NCBI GenBank assembly: GCA_965205015.1
Contig: OZ242029.1
Location: 224,001 to 288,000 of the forward strand
Length of the DNA stretch: 64,000 nucleotides
Source of the DNA: Candidatus Poribacteria bacterium
GTDB taxonomy: Bacteria; Poribacteria; WGA-4E; WGA-3G
Reading direction: 5' to 3'
The notes under the pieces are model-generated. The model was not told the origin of the DNA and searched no databases. It saw only the letters and a list, made by a program, of their open reading frames with translations. Made by a program: the position numbers and the translations under genes. This document shows, piece after piece, positions 29,279 through 37,125 of this stretch (the stretch's first letter is position 1; each line of letters opens with the position of its first letter).

Positions 29279-30349
29279 TTAAAGTTGTAGATGCTGCGCG
29301 TCAACAATTGCTCGCGTCAACGCCCAATCCAATCGTCGTCGGTAGTGTCCATCGCGGCGTAACCCCTTGAACGCCGTCAGAAAAACATCGTGGGTCTTCT
29401 CCCGGATTGTTCTCAAACGGGCATTGAGCATTTCTATATCCACGCGCCACGGCACGCCAATTTTTGTAATGGAACGGCAATGGACGCGGATAGGATAGTC
29501 TTTCAGCTCCTCTGGTGGACAGAAACGGATAGAGGCGGAAACGGTATTGTCTATCGCGATGAGCCCAAGATTTCCCTTCGGGTCGTTGAACATAATGTCA
29601 CGATTAGAAGAAGATTGTGGAAGGTGTTCGCGGAGTTCACCCATCGTGCCGAGAAACCGATTGTTGCGCCAGATCCTAACGTCCGATGATACATCCGGTG
29701 CAAACAGTGCGAGACCGACAGGATGCTCCGTGTCCTCGAACATATAAGAGGTATCTCTTGTTTTATTTTCTTTTTTTGTCTTATCCTCTCTTCTCGGGAC
29801 TAAAGAGATGAAATCGTGTAACCTTTCCAGAAACAGATCGCTCCGAATAAACGCCTCTGGAATAATTGCAGCGACCCACCCGCAATGCGTCAGACACTGC
29901 TCAAGCGCGTATTTGTAGAGGTCATCGTAACCCGTCGCTTCCGGGAAAGGCAAACCACGGCGTGTCGCCGAGTTGCGAGCCAACCACGGTGGATTGGTAA
30001 TGCAGACATCAAACCCTTTGGGAAAGTCGGCGAGTGTATCGCGTCGCACGATCCCTTTTGCACCCGGTTCGATGTCAAAAAATGCCCAATTCCAACACTG
30101 CAGATGCGCTGCGTCAATCAATCGTGGAATGTCTTTAGCCCCTGCGAAGGGTTCCAAGATTGCCTGGTGTTCTAAATTGGAGGCTTTTGCCCACGTCTGG
30201 AACGGTTCTAACTGAAACGGATTCCCACGCGTGTAGTAGCGTCCACTCGCTCGTTTTTCGTCCATTTGCATCGTGTTTTTCGAATAGGTAGGTCTTTGTA
30301 GGAATGTCTGTTTTTTTATCCAAATTTCAGGTTCATTAGGGTATGACAT
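29279..30349 (-). CDS. Putative amino (N6-A/N4-C) DNA methyltransferase-like protein
   Basis: GRYYT, LEPFAG (motif I), FDIEP, ITNPPW (motif IV), DDLYK. Confidence 0.7.
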   Translation of the reverse strand: MSYPNEPEIWIKKQTFLQRPTYSKNTMQMDEKRASGRYYTRGNPFQLEPFQTWAKASNLEHQAILEPFAGAKDIPRLIDAAHLQCWNWAFFDIEPGAKGIVRRDTLADFPKGFDVCITNPPWLARNSATRRGLPFPEATGYDDLYKYALEQCLTHCGWVAAIIPEAFIRSDLFLERLHDFISLVPRREDKTKKENKTRDTSYMFEDTEHPVGLALFAPDVSSDVRIWRNNRFLGTMGELREHLPQSSSNRDIMFNDPKGNLGLIAIDNTVSASIRFCPPEELKDYPIRVHCRSITKIGVPWRVDIEMLNARLRTIREKTHDVFLTAFKGLRRDGHYRRRLDWALTRAIVDAQHLQL

Positions 30350-30370
30350 AACACAGTCCAGTAGTGTTGC

Positions 30371-30399
30371 ATTCTATCATAAATCCGCTTTCATGTCAA
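30371..30399 (-). promoter_or_regulatory. sigma70-type promoter for the methyltransferase-like gene
   Basis: TTGACA-N17-TAGAAT on the minus strand. Confidence 0.65.
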
Positions 30400-30661
30400 A
30401 TTTGCGGAGCATTCTTTATCAGAGCCATTCAGTTTTTCCATTGCCTTCTTTACAGGTTTAACTTGACCTATCCCTTAATATGGATATAATAATTGGTAAT
30501 TGCGTTTAGTTGCCTGAGTCAGGATTTTCAGGATTATGCCCTGTGCTGCTGGCGAGGTTCCCTAACCTCACCAACTTAGAGTGTCTCATTAATTCTAAAG
30601 TTTACCATAGTTGTCTGAATCAGGACTTGCAGGATTACGGTCCGATAGACTGGAGGAACCG

Positions 30662-31321
30662 ATGCGCTATTCATATATCATATCTGTCATATTCATGGTC
30701 ACCCTATTGACCTCTGTTGCCTCGGCAGGGATATGGCAGGAAAATTTCGACAATGGACTGCCCGATGGCTGGAACGAGGTCAGTGGCGAATGGAAGATTG
30801 TGAAGGATGCCTATGCCGAGACCTCTGGTGGACAGTACGCCAAGACGATGTTCGGCGATGAAGATTGGACGGATTACACGGTTGAGGTGGACGTAACGCT
30901 GGTAAAAAACGTGGGGGTGAATGCCGCGGGTTTGCTAATCCGTGCAGATGCGGACGGAGATAACGGCATGCGATTCTGGATTCGCACAGACCAACATAAA
31001 TGCCAATTTTCCCGATGGAAAGAGAATCAATGGGACCACATCGCCACACCTCTGCCCTTTGAACCAGAAGTCGGTGAAACCTATCGTCTCAAGGTTGTCG
31101 CAGCGGGACACAATTACGAATGTTTTATTGACGACGAACTCCTGTTCGAGGGTGACGATGATATGAAGTTTCGTGACAGTGGACGCATCGGCTTCATTAC
31201 ATACGAGGCAAACGCCCATTACGACAATTTGGTCATCGATGGAGAGGAGATCCCCGCCTTCGCTGTTGAGCCAAATGGCAAACTTGCCACCCGCTGGGGT
31301 CAACTGAAAACAGATATATAA
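30662..31321 (+). CDS. Secreted DUF1080/LamG-like (3-keto-disaccharide hydrolase-like) protein
   Basis: GGAGG RBS, signal peptide MRYSYII...ASA; WTDYTVEVD, SGRIG...YDNL; C-terminal AVEPNGKLATRWGQLK. Confidence 0.8.
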   Translation: MRYSYIISVIFMVTLLTSVASAGIWQENFDNGLPDGWNEVSGEWKIVKDAYAETSGGQYAKTMFGDEDWTDYTVEVDVTLVKNVGVNAAGLLIRADADGDNGMRFWIRTDQHKCQFSRWKENQWDHIATPLPFEPEVGETYRLKVVAAGHNYECFIDDELLFEGDDDMKFRDSGRIGFITYEANAHYDNLVIDGEEIPAFAVEPNGKLATRWGQLKTDI

Positions 31322-31366
31322 CGCACTATCAACTTCTAACCTACGTGGAGAAAAGAGGACACCGCA

Positions 31367-32194
31367 ATGCCAATTACGGATGCAATGCCGGAACTCAACC
31401 GAACACTTCAGTTTTTTCCCGTTGAAAACGAGAATCCATCAACCCTAACGCATGCCCAAATTGACCACTTCAACGAGAAAGGTTTTATCTCACCCTTAGA
31501 TGTTTTCTCCGAAGCGGAGATGGCGGAACACCGCGCCTATTTCGATCAACTCATGGAAAAAGCGTTGGCAGCAGGCATGAATAGTTATTCCATCAACGGA
31601 TGGCACACCACCTGTCCCGGTATCCATGATCTGATTACCGAAGACAGAATTCTCGATTACGTGCAAGACCTACTCGGCGAAACGCTCATCTGCTGGGGAA
31701 CACACTACTTCTGCAAGCTACCGGGCGATGTAAAGCAGGTGAGTTGGCATCAGGACGCCTCCTATTGGCCCCTCTCCCCGAGCAAAACCGTCACCGTATG
31801 GCTCGCGATTGATGACGCCGCGGTCGAGAACGGTGCAATGACCGTTATCCCGAAATCGCACCTGCACGGGCAAATCGCATTTGAACCGAGCACCGCTGAG
31901 GAAAAGAATGTACTGGGTCAGACGGTGCATGGGGCAACGCAATACGGAGAGACACCATTCCCATTCGAGATGAAAGCCGGGCAGATGTCTCTGCACTCGG
32001 ACCTGCTATTGCACGGCTCTGAACCGAATACCTCAGATCGACGCCGTTGCGGATTGACGATGCGGTTCGTGCCGCCTGAGGTCCGCGCCGCAAACGATTG
32101 GAACCAACGCGCAATTGTTGCCAGAGGCAGCGATCCGAGTGGGCATTGGGTTCACAATCCACGTCCAGATGCGGATAGCATCCCAGAACGATAA
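31367..32194 (+). CDS. PhyH family dioxygenase
   Basis: WHQDASYW, WLAIDDA..ENGAM..IPKSH, HGSEPN.SDRRRCG. Confidence 0.9.
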   Translation: MPITDAMPELNRTLQFFPVENENPSTLTHAQIDHFNEKGFISPLDVFSEAEMAEHRAYFDQLMEKALAAGMNSYSINGWHTTCPGIHDLITEDRILDYVQDLLGETLICWGTHYFCKLPGDVKQVSWHQDASYWPLSPSKTVTVWLAIDDAAVENGAMTVIPKSHLHGQIAFEPSTAEEKNVLGQTVHGATQYGETPFPFEMKAGQMSLHSDLLLHGSEPNTSDRRRCGLTMRFVPPEVRAANDWNQRAIVARGSDPSGHWVHNPRPDADSIPER

Positions 32195-32219
32195 AATTTT
32201 TGAAGGACAATCCTACATA

Positions 32220-33476
32220 ATGTTTCCACGACGACTTATCTATGCTGCGATCTCAATCAGTAGTGCCGCCTGTTTTGTGCTATTCGGTTATGAATTTATC
32301 CGTTCCGTGTCCTCCTCCCTGTTTATTGAAGCGTATGGTGCCGAGAATCTTCCGCGGGGTATGGTGGCGGTCCCACCGAGTATGATCGTGATGCTGTACT
32401 GCTACGGTCGACTGCTCTCATGGATGGGAGCGACCCGTGCCTTGGCAATCACCTCGCTTTTTTCTGCTATTTTAATCCTCGGATGCTACGCTGCGCTGTC
32501 CCGCGGTATGAGTTTCGCCGCGGCGATCATCTACGTGTTCCGCGAAGCCTATATCGTAATCATCATCGAGCAGTTCTGGTCGTTTGTGAACAGTGTCCTA
32601 ACGACCGAACAAGCGAAACGCATTAATGGACCTTTCTGCGCCGTTGCCTCTGTTGGATCGTTTCTCGGTGGTACGCTTGTGAGCAAATTGGCAACCGTGT
32701 TAGGTACCGAAGCGTTATTATTATTCACAGCAGGGTCCCTCGTCCCGACGGCGGCCCTTGGTGTGCTTGCCTACAAGTTTGGTGGTGAACCCCAACCCAG
32801 TGCAGAAGAGACGGGTGGTAGACTCGGACACATCGGCGTAAAAACGCTCTTGCGTTCCAGATACCTGATTTTCATCGGGGTATTGATCATAAGCACACAG
32901 ATAGTGTCCACTGTGCTGGATCTGCGGTTCAATGCGTTGGCTGAAATGGAGAGACCTGATACGGATACACGGACCGCATTTTTCGGCTCGGTCTACGGAA
33001 ACCTCGGATTGGCGGCGGGTATTTTGCAACTGGTCGCTGTGCCACTCGCCCTCAGATTCATCGCACTCCGTTACATTCACCTCACGATCCCGATAGTCCA
33101 CTTCGTCAGTAGTCTTATATTGACGGTTTCTCCCTCACTCCGAACCGGGACAGCGGCGTATGTGACGTTTAAAGCCTTAGATTACTCGCTTTTCCGGGCA
33201 GGCAAGGAACTGTTCTATATGCCGCTCTCTTACGATTCTCGGTATCGCGCGAAACAGGTTATCGATGCTTTCGGGTACCGCTTCTCAAAGGGTGGGAGTG
33301 CAGGCGTGATTGAACTGGTGAGATTGGGCGTAGAGACAATCGCGGGTGTCGCATACTCCATCACGGCTATGGTGGTAGCAGCATTGTGGGCACCGATTGC
33401 CTTCGGTCTGGTGCGGATGTACCAGAAGTTGGAGAAGGTTGAAAAATCAGGAGGCACAACGTCCGAAACGCTGTAA
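32220..33476 (+). CDS. TLC/NTT (Npt1/Npt2-like) nucleotide transporter family protein
   Basis: About 12 TM segments; EQFWSF.N....EQAKR; DYSL...KE..YMPL....RYRAK..ID....RFSK. Confidence 0.8.
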   Translation: MFPRRLIYAAISISSAACFVLFGYEFIRSVSSSLFIEAYGAENLPRGMVAVPPSMIVMLYCYGRLLSWMGATRALAITSLFSAILILGCYAALSRGMSFAAAIIYVFREAYIVIIIEQFWSFVNSVLTTEQAKRINGPFCAVASVGSFLGGTLVSKLATVLGTEALLLFTAGSLVPTAALGVLAYKFGGEPQPSAEETGGRLGHIGVKTLLRSRYLIFIGVLIISTQIVSTVLDLRFNALAEMERPDTDTRTAFFGSVYGNLGLAAGILQLVAVPLALRFIALRYIHLTIPIVHFVSSLILTVSPSLRTGTAAYVTFKALDYSLFRAGKELFYMPLSYDSRYRAKQVIDAFGYRFSKGGSAGVIELVRLGVETIAGVAYSITAMVVAALWAPIAFGLVRMYQKLEKVEKSGGTTSETL

Positions 33477-33482
33477 TTTGCT

Positions 33483-33716
33483 GTAGGTTGGGTTGAACGG
33501 AACTGATAAGCCCAATGTTAATATCCCAGATACACGTCAAATCCAATACACCGTCATATACACGCAAGGACAGAGTGAAACCCAACGCATTCTTACACCT
33601 ATAGTTTAAATTGTTGGGTTTCGCTATAGTCCATCCATACCAACGGGACATGGAAAAGCGGAGTCCTCCATGTAAACGAGATAGATGTTTGTCTTTTACC
33701 GCTCAACCCAACCTAC
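33483..33716. repeat. Large REP-type palindromic element between convergent genes
   Basis: Ends GTAGGTTGGGTTGA / TCAACCCAACCTAC are perfect inverted repeats; inner pair GAAACCCAAC / GTTGGGTTTC. Confidence 0.8.
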
Positions 33717-33723
33717 GAAATCT

Positions 33724-34707
33724 CTAAATTTCATAACGCACAAGTTTCCGTGCTGCATCCACAATCTGCTCGGCGTTGGGAATAACAAAATTCTCCATCA
33801 CCGGTGCAAACGGAACAGGCACAGGCGCAGCTGCGACTCGCTCGATGGGCGCATCGAGATAGTCAAACGCCTCTCGCACGACAAGCGCGGCAATCTCCGC
33901 ACCGAATCCTGCCCGACCGACCGCCTCGTGTGCGATGAGCAACCGGTTCGTTTTCTTAACAGAGTCGAGAATGCTGTCTTTGTCAAGCGGCATCAACGTC
34001 CGCGGATCGATAATTTCAGCAGAGATACCTTCAGCGGCAAGCGTGTCTGCGGCGGTGAGGGCATTCAAGACCATTCGTGACGTCGCAAGAATTGTAATAT
34101 CTTCACCCTCACGCTTGACATCCGCGACACCCAACGGAATTGTGTATTCCTCGTCAGGGATCTCACCCTCCTCTGTGTAGAGAAGTTTGTGCTCAATAAA
34201 CATGATGGGATTGTCGTCTCGGATGGCTGTTTTCAGCAAACCCTTCGCATCATAGGGTGTAGAGGGCATCACGACGAGTAGCCCTGGGATATGCACGAAC
34301 CACGCTTCAAGGCTCTGTGCATGCTGTGCTGCCGAGGATCGCCCCGCGCCGCCCTGGGTCCGAATCACGAGTGGTACATCCAGCTGTCCACCCACCATAT
34401 AACGGATCTTGGCGACTTGGTTCACGATCTGGTCCATGCCTACCGCCGTGAAGTCGATGTACATCAACTCCGCAACAGGACGCATCCCTGTGACCGCCGC
34501 GCCGAGTGCAGTCCCGATGATAGCGGCTTCCGAGATCGGTGTGTTTCGGATTCGGTCTTTCCCGAATTCTTGGAACAGTCCATCTGTGACTTTGTAGGCA
34601 CCGCCGTATTCAGCGATATCCTCGCCCATCAGAAAGACGGCATCATCGCGTTCCATCTCCTCTACGAGTGCTTCCTTGAGCGCGTCGCGATACGTAATTA
34701 TTTTCAT
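33724..34707 (-). CDS. 2-oxoacid/acetoin dehydrogenase E1 beta subunit
   Basis: GEDIAEYGGAYKVT, NTPISEA, AAQHAQSLE, DYLDAP. Confidence 0.92.
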   Translation of the reverse strand: MKIITYRDALKEALVEEMERDDAVFLMGEDIAEYGGAYKVTDGLFQEFGKDRIRNTPISEAAIIGTALGAAVTGMRPVAELMYIDFTAVGMDQIVNQVAKIRYMVGGQLDVPLVIRTQGGAGRSSAAQHAQSLEAWFVHIPGLLVVMPSTPYDAKGLLKTAIRDDNPIMFIEHKLLYTEEGEIPDEEYTIPLGVADVKREGEDITILATSRMVLNALTAADTLAAEGISAEIIDPRTLMPLDKDSILDSVKKTNRLLIAHEAVGRAGFGAEIAALVVREAFDYLDAPIERVAAAPVPVPFAPVMENFVIPNAEQIVDAARKLVRYEI

Positions 34708-34739
34708 TTTTTTAATTTACCTTAAGATTTCGTTTAAAT

Positions 34740-35135
34740 TTAATGGGTTAGCGCGATAATCGAGACAATGAGTGCGGCAACCGCACAGATCGCTACAACC
34801 CAATCCTTGAGAACCGAGAATCCCGCTTTCCGTCCTCACAATTCAGCGATACCTGTCTCAACGCCTCGGAGCCGCGTATCAATGTCATCCAATCGCTGCG
34901 TATGGCGCGCATCCATATCATCTAAACGCTGGGTGTGGCGCGCCTCCATTTCATTCAATCGCTGGGTGTGGCGCGCATCCATATCACCCAGCTGCTTTGT
35001 GTGGCGCGCATCCATATCACCCAGCTGCTTTGTGTGGCGCGCATCCATATCATCCAATCGCTTAGACAACTCATCTAATCGCTTAGACAACAGCTCATAC
35101 AACTCTTGAATCGTCATTTCTATATTTTCCCTCAT
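34740..35135 (-). pseudogene. Coiled-coil tail-anchored protein with an in-frame TGA at 34836-34838
   Basis: MRENIE...(DMDARHT repeats)...ETGIAEL*GRKAGFSVLKDWVVAICAVAALIVSIIALTH*. Confidence 0.7.
34888..35091. repeat. Coding tandem repeats: 5 x 33 bp followed by about 2 x 21 bp
   Basis: 33-bp unit ...TGGCGCGCATCCATATCA (11-aa hendecad), then (T/C)AATCGCTTAGACAAC twice. Confidence 0.9.
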
Positions 35136-35230
35136 TTTTGGTATCCCCTTGTGAAGTGCTAAAAAGCAGGTGCCCTGCCAAGACCTCGCGCCGATACGCT
35201 GAAACCTGACAAACACCATGATACCTTTTT

Positions 35231-36586
35231 TTATCCGTTTGTCAACGCTTTCTCCGCCTTCAGCCACTCAAGCGTCTGCGCAAACGCTGCGACTGTCGCC
35301 GTGACATCTTCCGCCGTGTGCGCCGCGGTCGTCATTCCACCATTACTGGCGAGATCAATCCCGTTGAGCAGTAGACCGCACCGGAGACGCATCAGCATGT
35401 CGGCGTCGCTACTCCCTTTCAATTTCCGATAATCCCATGCGTATGGATCGAAATCTGAAGTCCGCATCCCCTTTTCACCGTGTCCGACGAGCAGTTTAAG
35501 CCCTGAAAATTCACCGTAAACGACCCAATCCAGCCCATAGTCATCAATGACGTTGTTCAGTTCGGTGCGAAGACGTGCTGCGGTGTGATTCGCTTGTTCA
35601 TGCGGTTCGCCTGTCTTGATGATGTTGAGCATGGCAATGCCAGCAGCCGCGGAGAGGGGATTCGCATTAAAGGTGCCGGGATGCGGCATCTTTAAGCCGT
35701 CGCGTTCTGATTTCATGGAAATGAGTTCAAGCACCTCCGTTTTGCCTGCAAGCGCGCCACCGGGAAGCCCACCCGCCAAAATCTTCGCGAGCGTTGTCAT
35801 ATCCGGCGTGACGTTGTAATGCGCCTGCGCGCCACCGGGTGCGACCCGGAATCCCGTAATAACTTCATCGAAAATCAGCAGCACATCGTGCGCCGCTGTC
35901 AATTCACGCAGCTGCTTCAAAAATGTGCCGTTTGTAGGGACAATACCGAAGGATGCGCCTGTCGGTTCAAGGATGATACAGGCGATGTCTTTATCCGTTT
36001 TCAAGAGCGTTTCAACGGCATCAATGTCGTTCGGTGGACAGAGAAGCGTTGTATTACGCACCTCTTCTGGGATACCGGGGACGTTCATATCAAAAGGTGG
36101 GTATGCGCCTAAGATGACGCTGTCATGCCAACCGTGGAAATGCCCGGCAAATTTCAGCACCTTATTCTTACCGGTATAGGTGCGTGCAAGCCGGATCGCC
36201 ATCAGTGTCGCCTCTGTTCCGGAACTGACGAATCGGACGCGTTCCGCTGAGGGGACCAGTTGTGTGACGAGCGACCCCCATTCCATCTCCAACGGGTGGC
36301 ACGCGCCGTAGTGCGTTCCTCGATGCATCTGTGCTGTTACGGCTTCTACGACCTCCGGCGGATTATGTCCGAGGAGGAGGGCACCGTGTCCCGCCCAATA
36401 GTCAATAAATTGCTTGTCTTCGAGTCCCCATTTCTTCGAGCCATCGGCACGCGTGATATAAACCGGAAACGGCGACATATAGCGTCCATCATGCGTTACG
36501 CCGTCAGGAAATAGATGATTCGCGGCATCGGACATCTCTCGATCTTTTGCAAAAGTCTTTTGGTAGCGTTCTAAAATGGTGTGCAT
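35231..36586 (-). CDS. Class III PLP aminotransferase, glutamate-1-semialdehyde aminomutase-like
   Basis: SSGTEAT..AIRLAR, HFHGWHD, FDEVITGFR, LAKILAGGLP, GTFNANPL. Confidence 0.88.
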   Translation of the reverse strand: MHTILERYQKTFAKDREMSDAANHLFPDGVTHDGRYMSPFPVYITRADGSKKWGLEDKQFIDYWAGHGALLLGHNPPEVVEAVTAQMHRGTHYGACHPLEMEWGSLVTQLVPSAERVRFVSSGTEATLMAIRLARTYTGKNKVLKFAGHFHGWHDSVILGAYPPFDMNVPGIPEEVRNTTLLCPPNDIDAVETLLKTDKDIACIILEPTGASFGIVPTNGTFLKQLRELTAAHDVLLIFDEVITGFRVAPGGAQAHYNVTPDMTTLAKILAGGLPGGALAGKTEVLELISMKSERDGLKMPHPGTFNANPLSAAAGIAMLNIIKTGEPHEQANHTAARLRTELNNVIDDYGLDWVVYGEFSGLKLLVGHGEKGMRTSDFDPYAWDYRKLKGSSDADMLMRLRCGLLLNGIDLASNGGMTTAAHTAEDVTATVAAFAQTLEWLKAEKALTNG

Positions 36587-36689
36587 CTTTTTCTCCCCAC
36601 TTTTCTCGGTGTTTGTGAAAATTATATCATATTTCCATTTTATTTGCGAAACGAATTTTCAATGTGGCTCCGTAGCTCTGTTAAAATAT

Positions 36690-36718
36690 TTGACAAATTT
36701 CGCATCCGCTTCTATAAT
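36690..36718 (+). promoter_or_regulatory. Consensus sigma70 promoter about 410 nt upstream of the LRR gene
   Basis: Exact TTGACA-N17-TATAAT. Confidence 0.85.
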
Positions 36719-36768
36719 AGGATTTATACAATTTTTCCATACGCTAAAATCGACTGAAGGTGCCAAGA

Positions 36769-36936
36769 ATGCAGCACAATCGCACCGCTCTTAACATCGC
36801 CAAACAGATTCTACGGACACACCAGATAGACAGCGTGCCTGTCGCGCCGCGCGGTACCGTGTGCCTCTCAACCACGCGTGTTGCGAACACACTGTTAACA
36901 CCGCCGACCTGCCCCCCCCCACTTTACAAAAATTAA
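36769..36936 (+). CDS. Putative 55-aa leader peptide spanning a C9 tract
   Basis: MQHNRTALNIAKQILRTHQIDSVPVAPRGTVCLSTTRVANTLLTPPTCPPPLYKN*; GAAGGT upstream; C9 at 36912-36920. Confidence 0.5.
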   Translation: MQHNRTALNIAKQILRTHQIDSVPVAPRGTVCLSTTRVANTLLTPPTCPPPLYKN

Positions 36937-36992
36937 GCATTACACGATACAAGCCAACACCGACTTTTATGGTGTCATGCTGTCTTTTTCGC

Positions 36993-37043
36993 GCCCATGC
37001 GTGCTGTTGCTAAACGGTAGCACGTTATGGGCTATTTTTGTTG
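36993..37043 (+). terminator. Terminator-like hairpin in the 5' leader
   Basis: GCCCAT..CGTGCTGTTG-CTAAA-CGGTAGCACG..ATGGGC followed by TATTTTTGTTG. Confidence 0.55.
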
Positions 37044-37125
37044 CCGTCTCGATGATCTACCGAAAAACCTTCCCATTCAGCAAAGGGACCCCTAACCATA
37101 AAAACGCGAGAGGTATTTTCAAAAA

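Noticed and set aside
34800-34838. Selenocysteine at the in-frame TGA
   Set aside because: No redox motif context and only a weak G-U-rich hairpin downstream; Arg CGA>TGA is simpler.
34888-35091. 33-bp repeats as a CRISPR array
   Set aside because: Contiguous in-frame coding repeats with no spacers and no cas genes.
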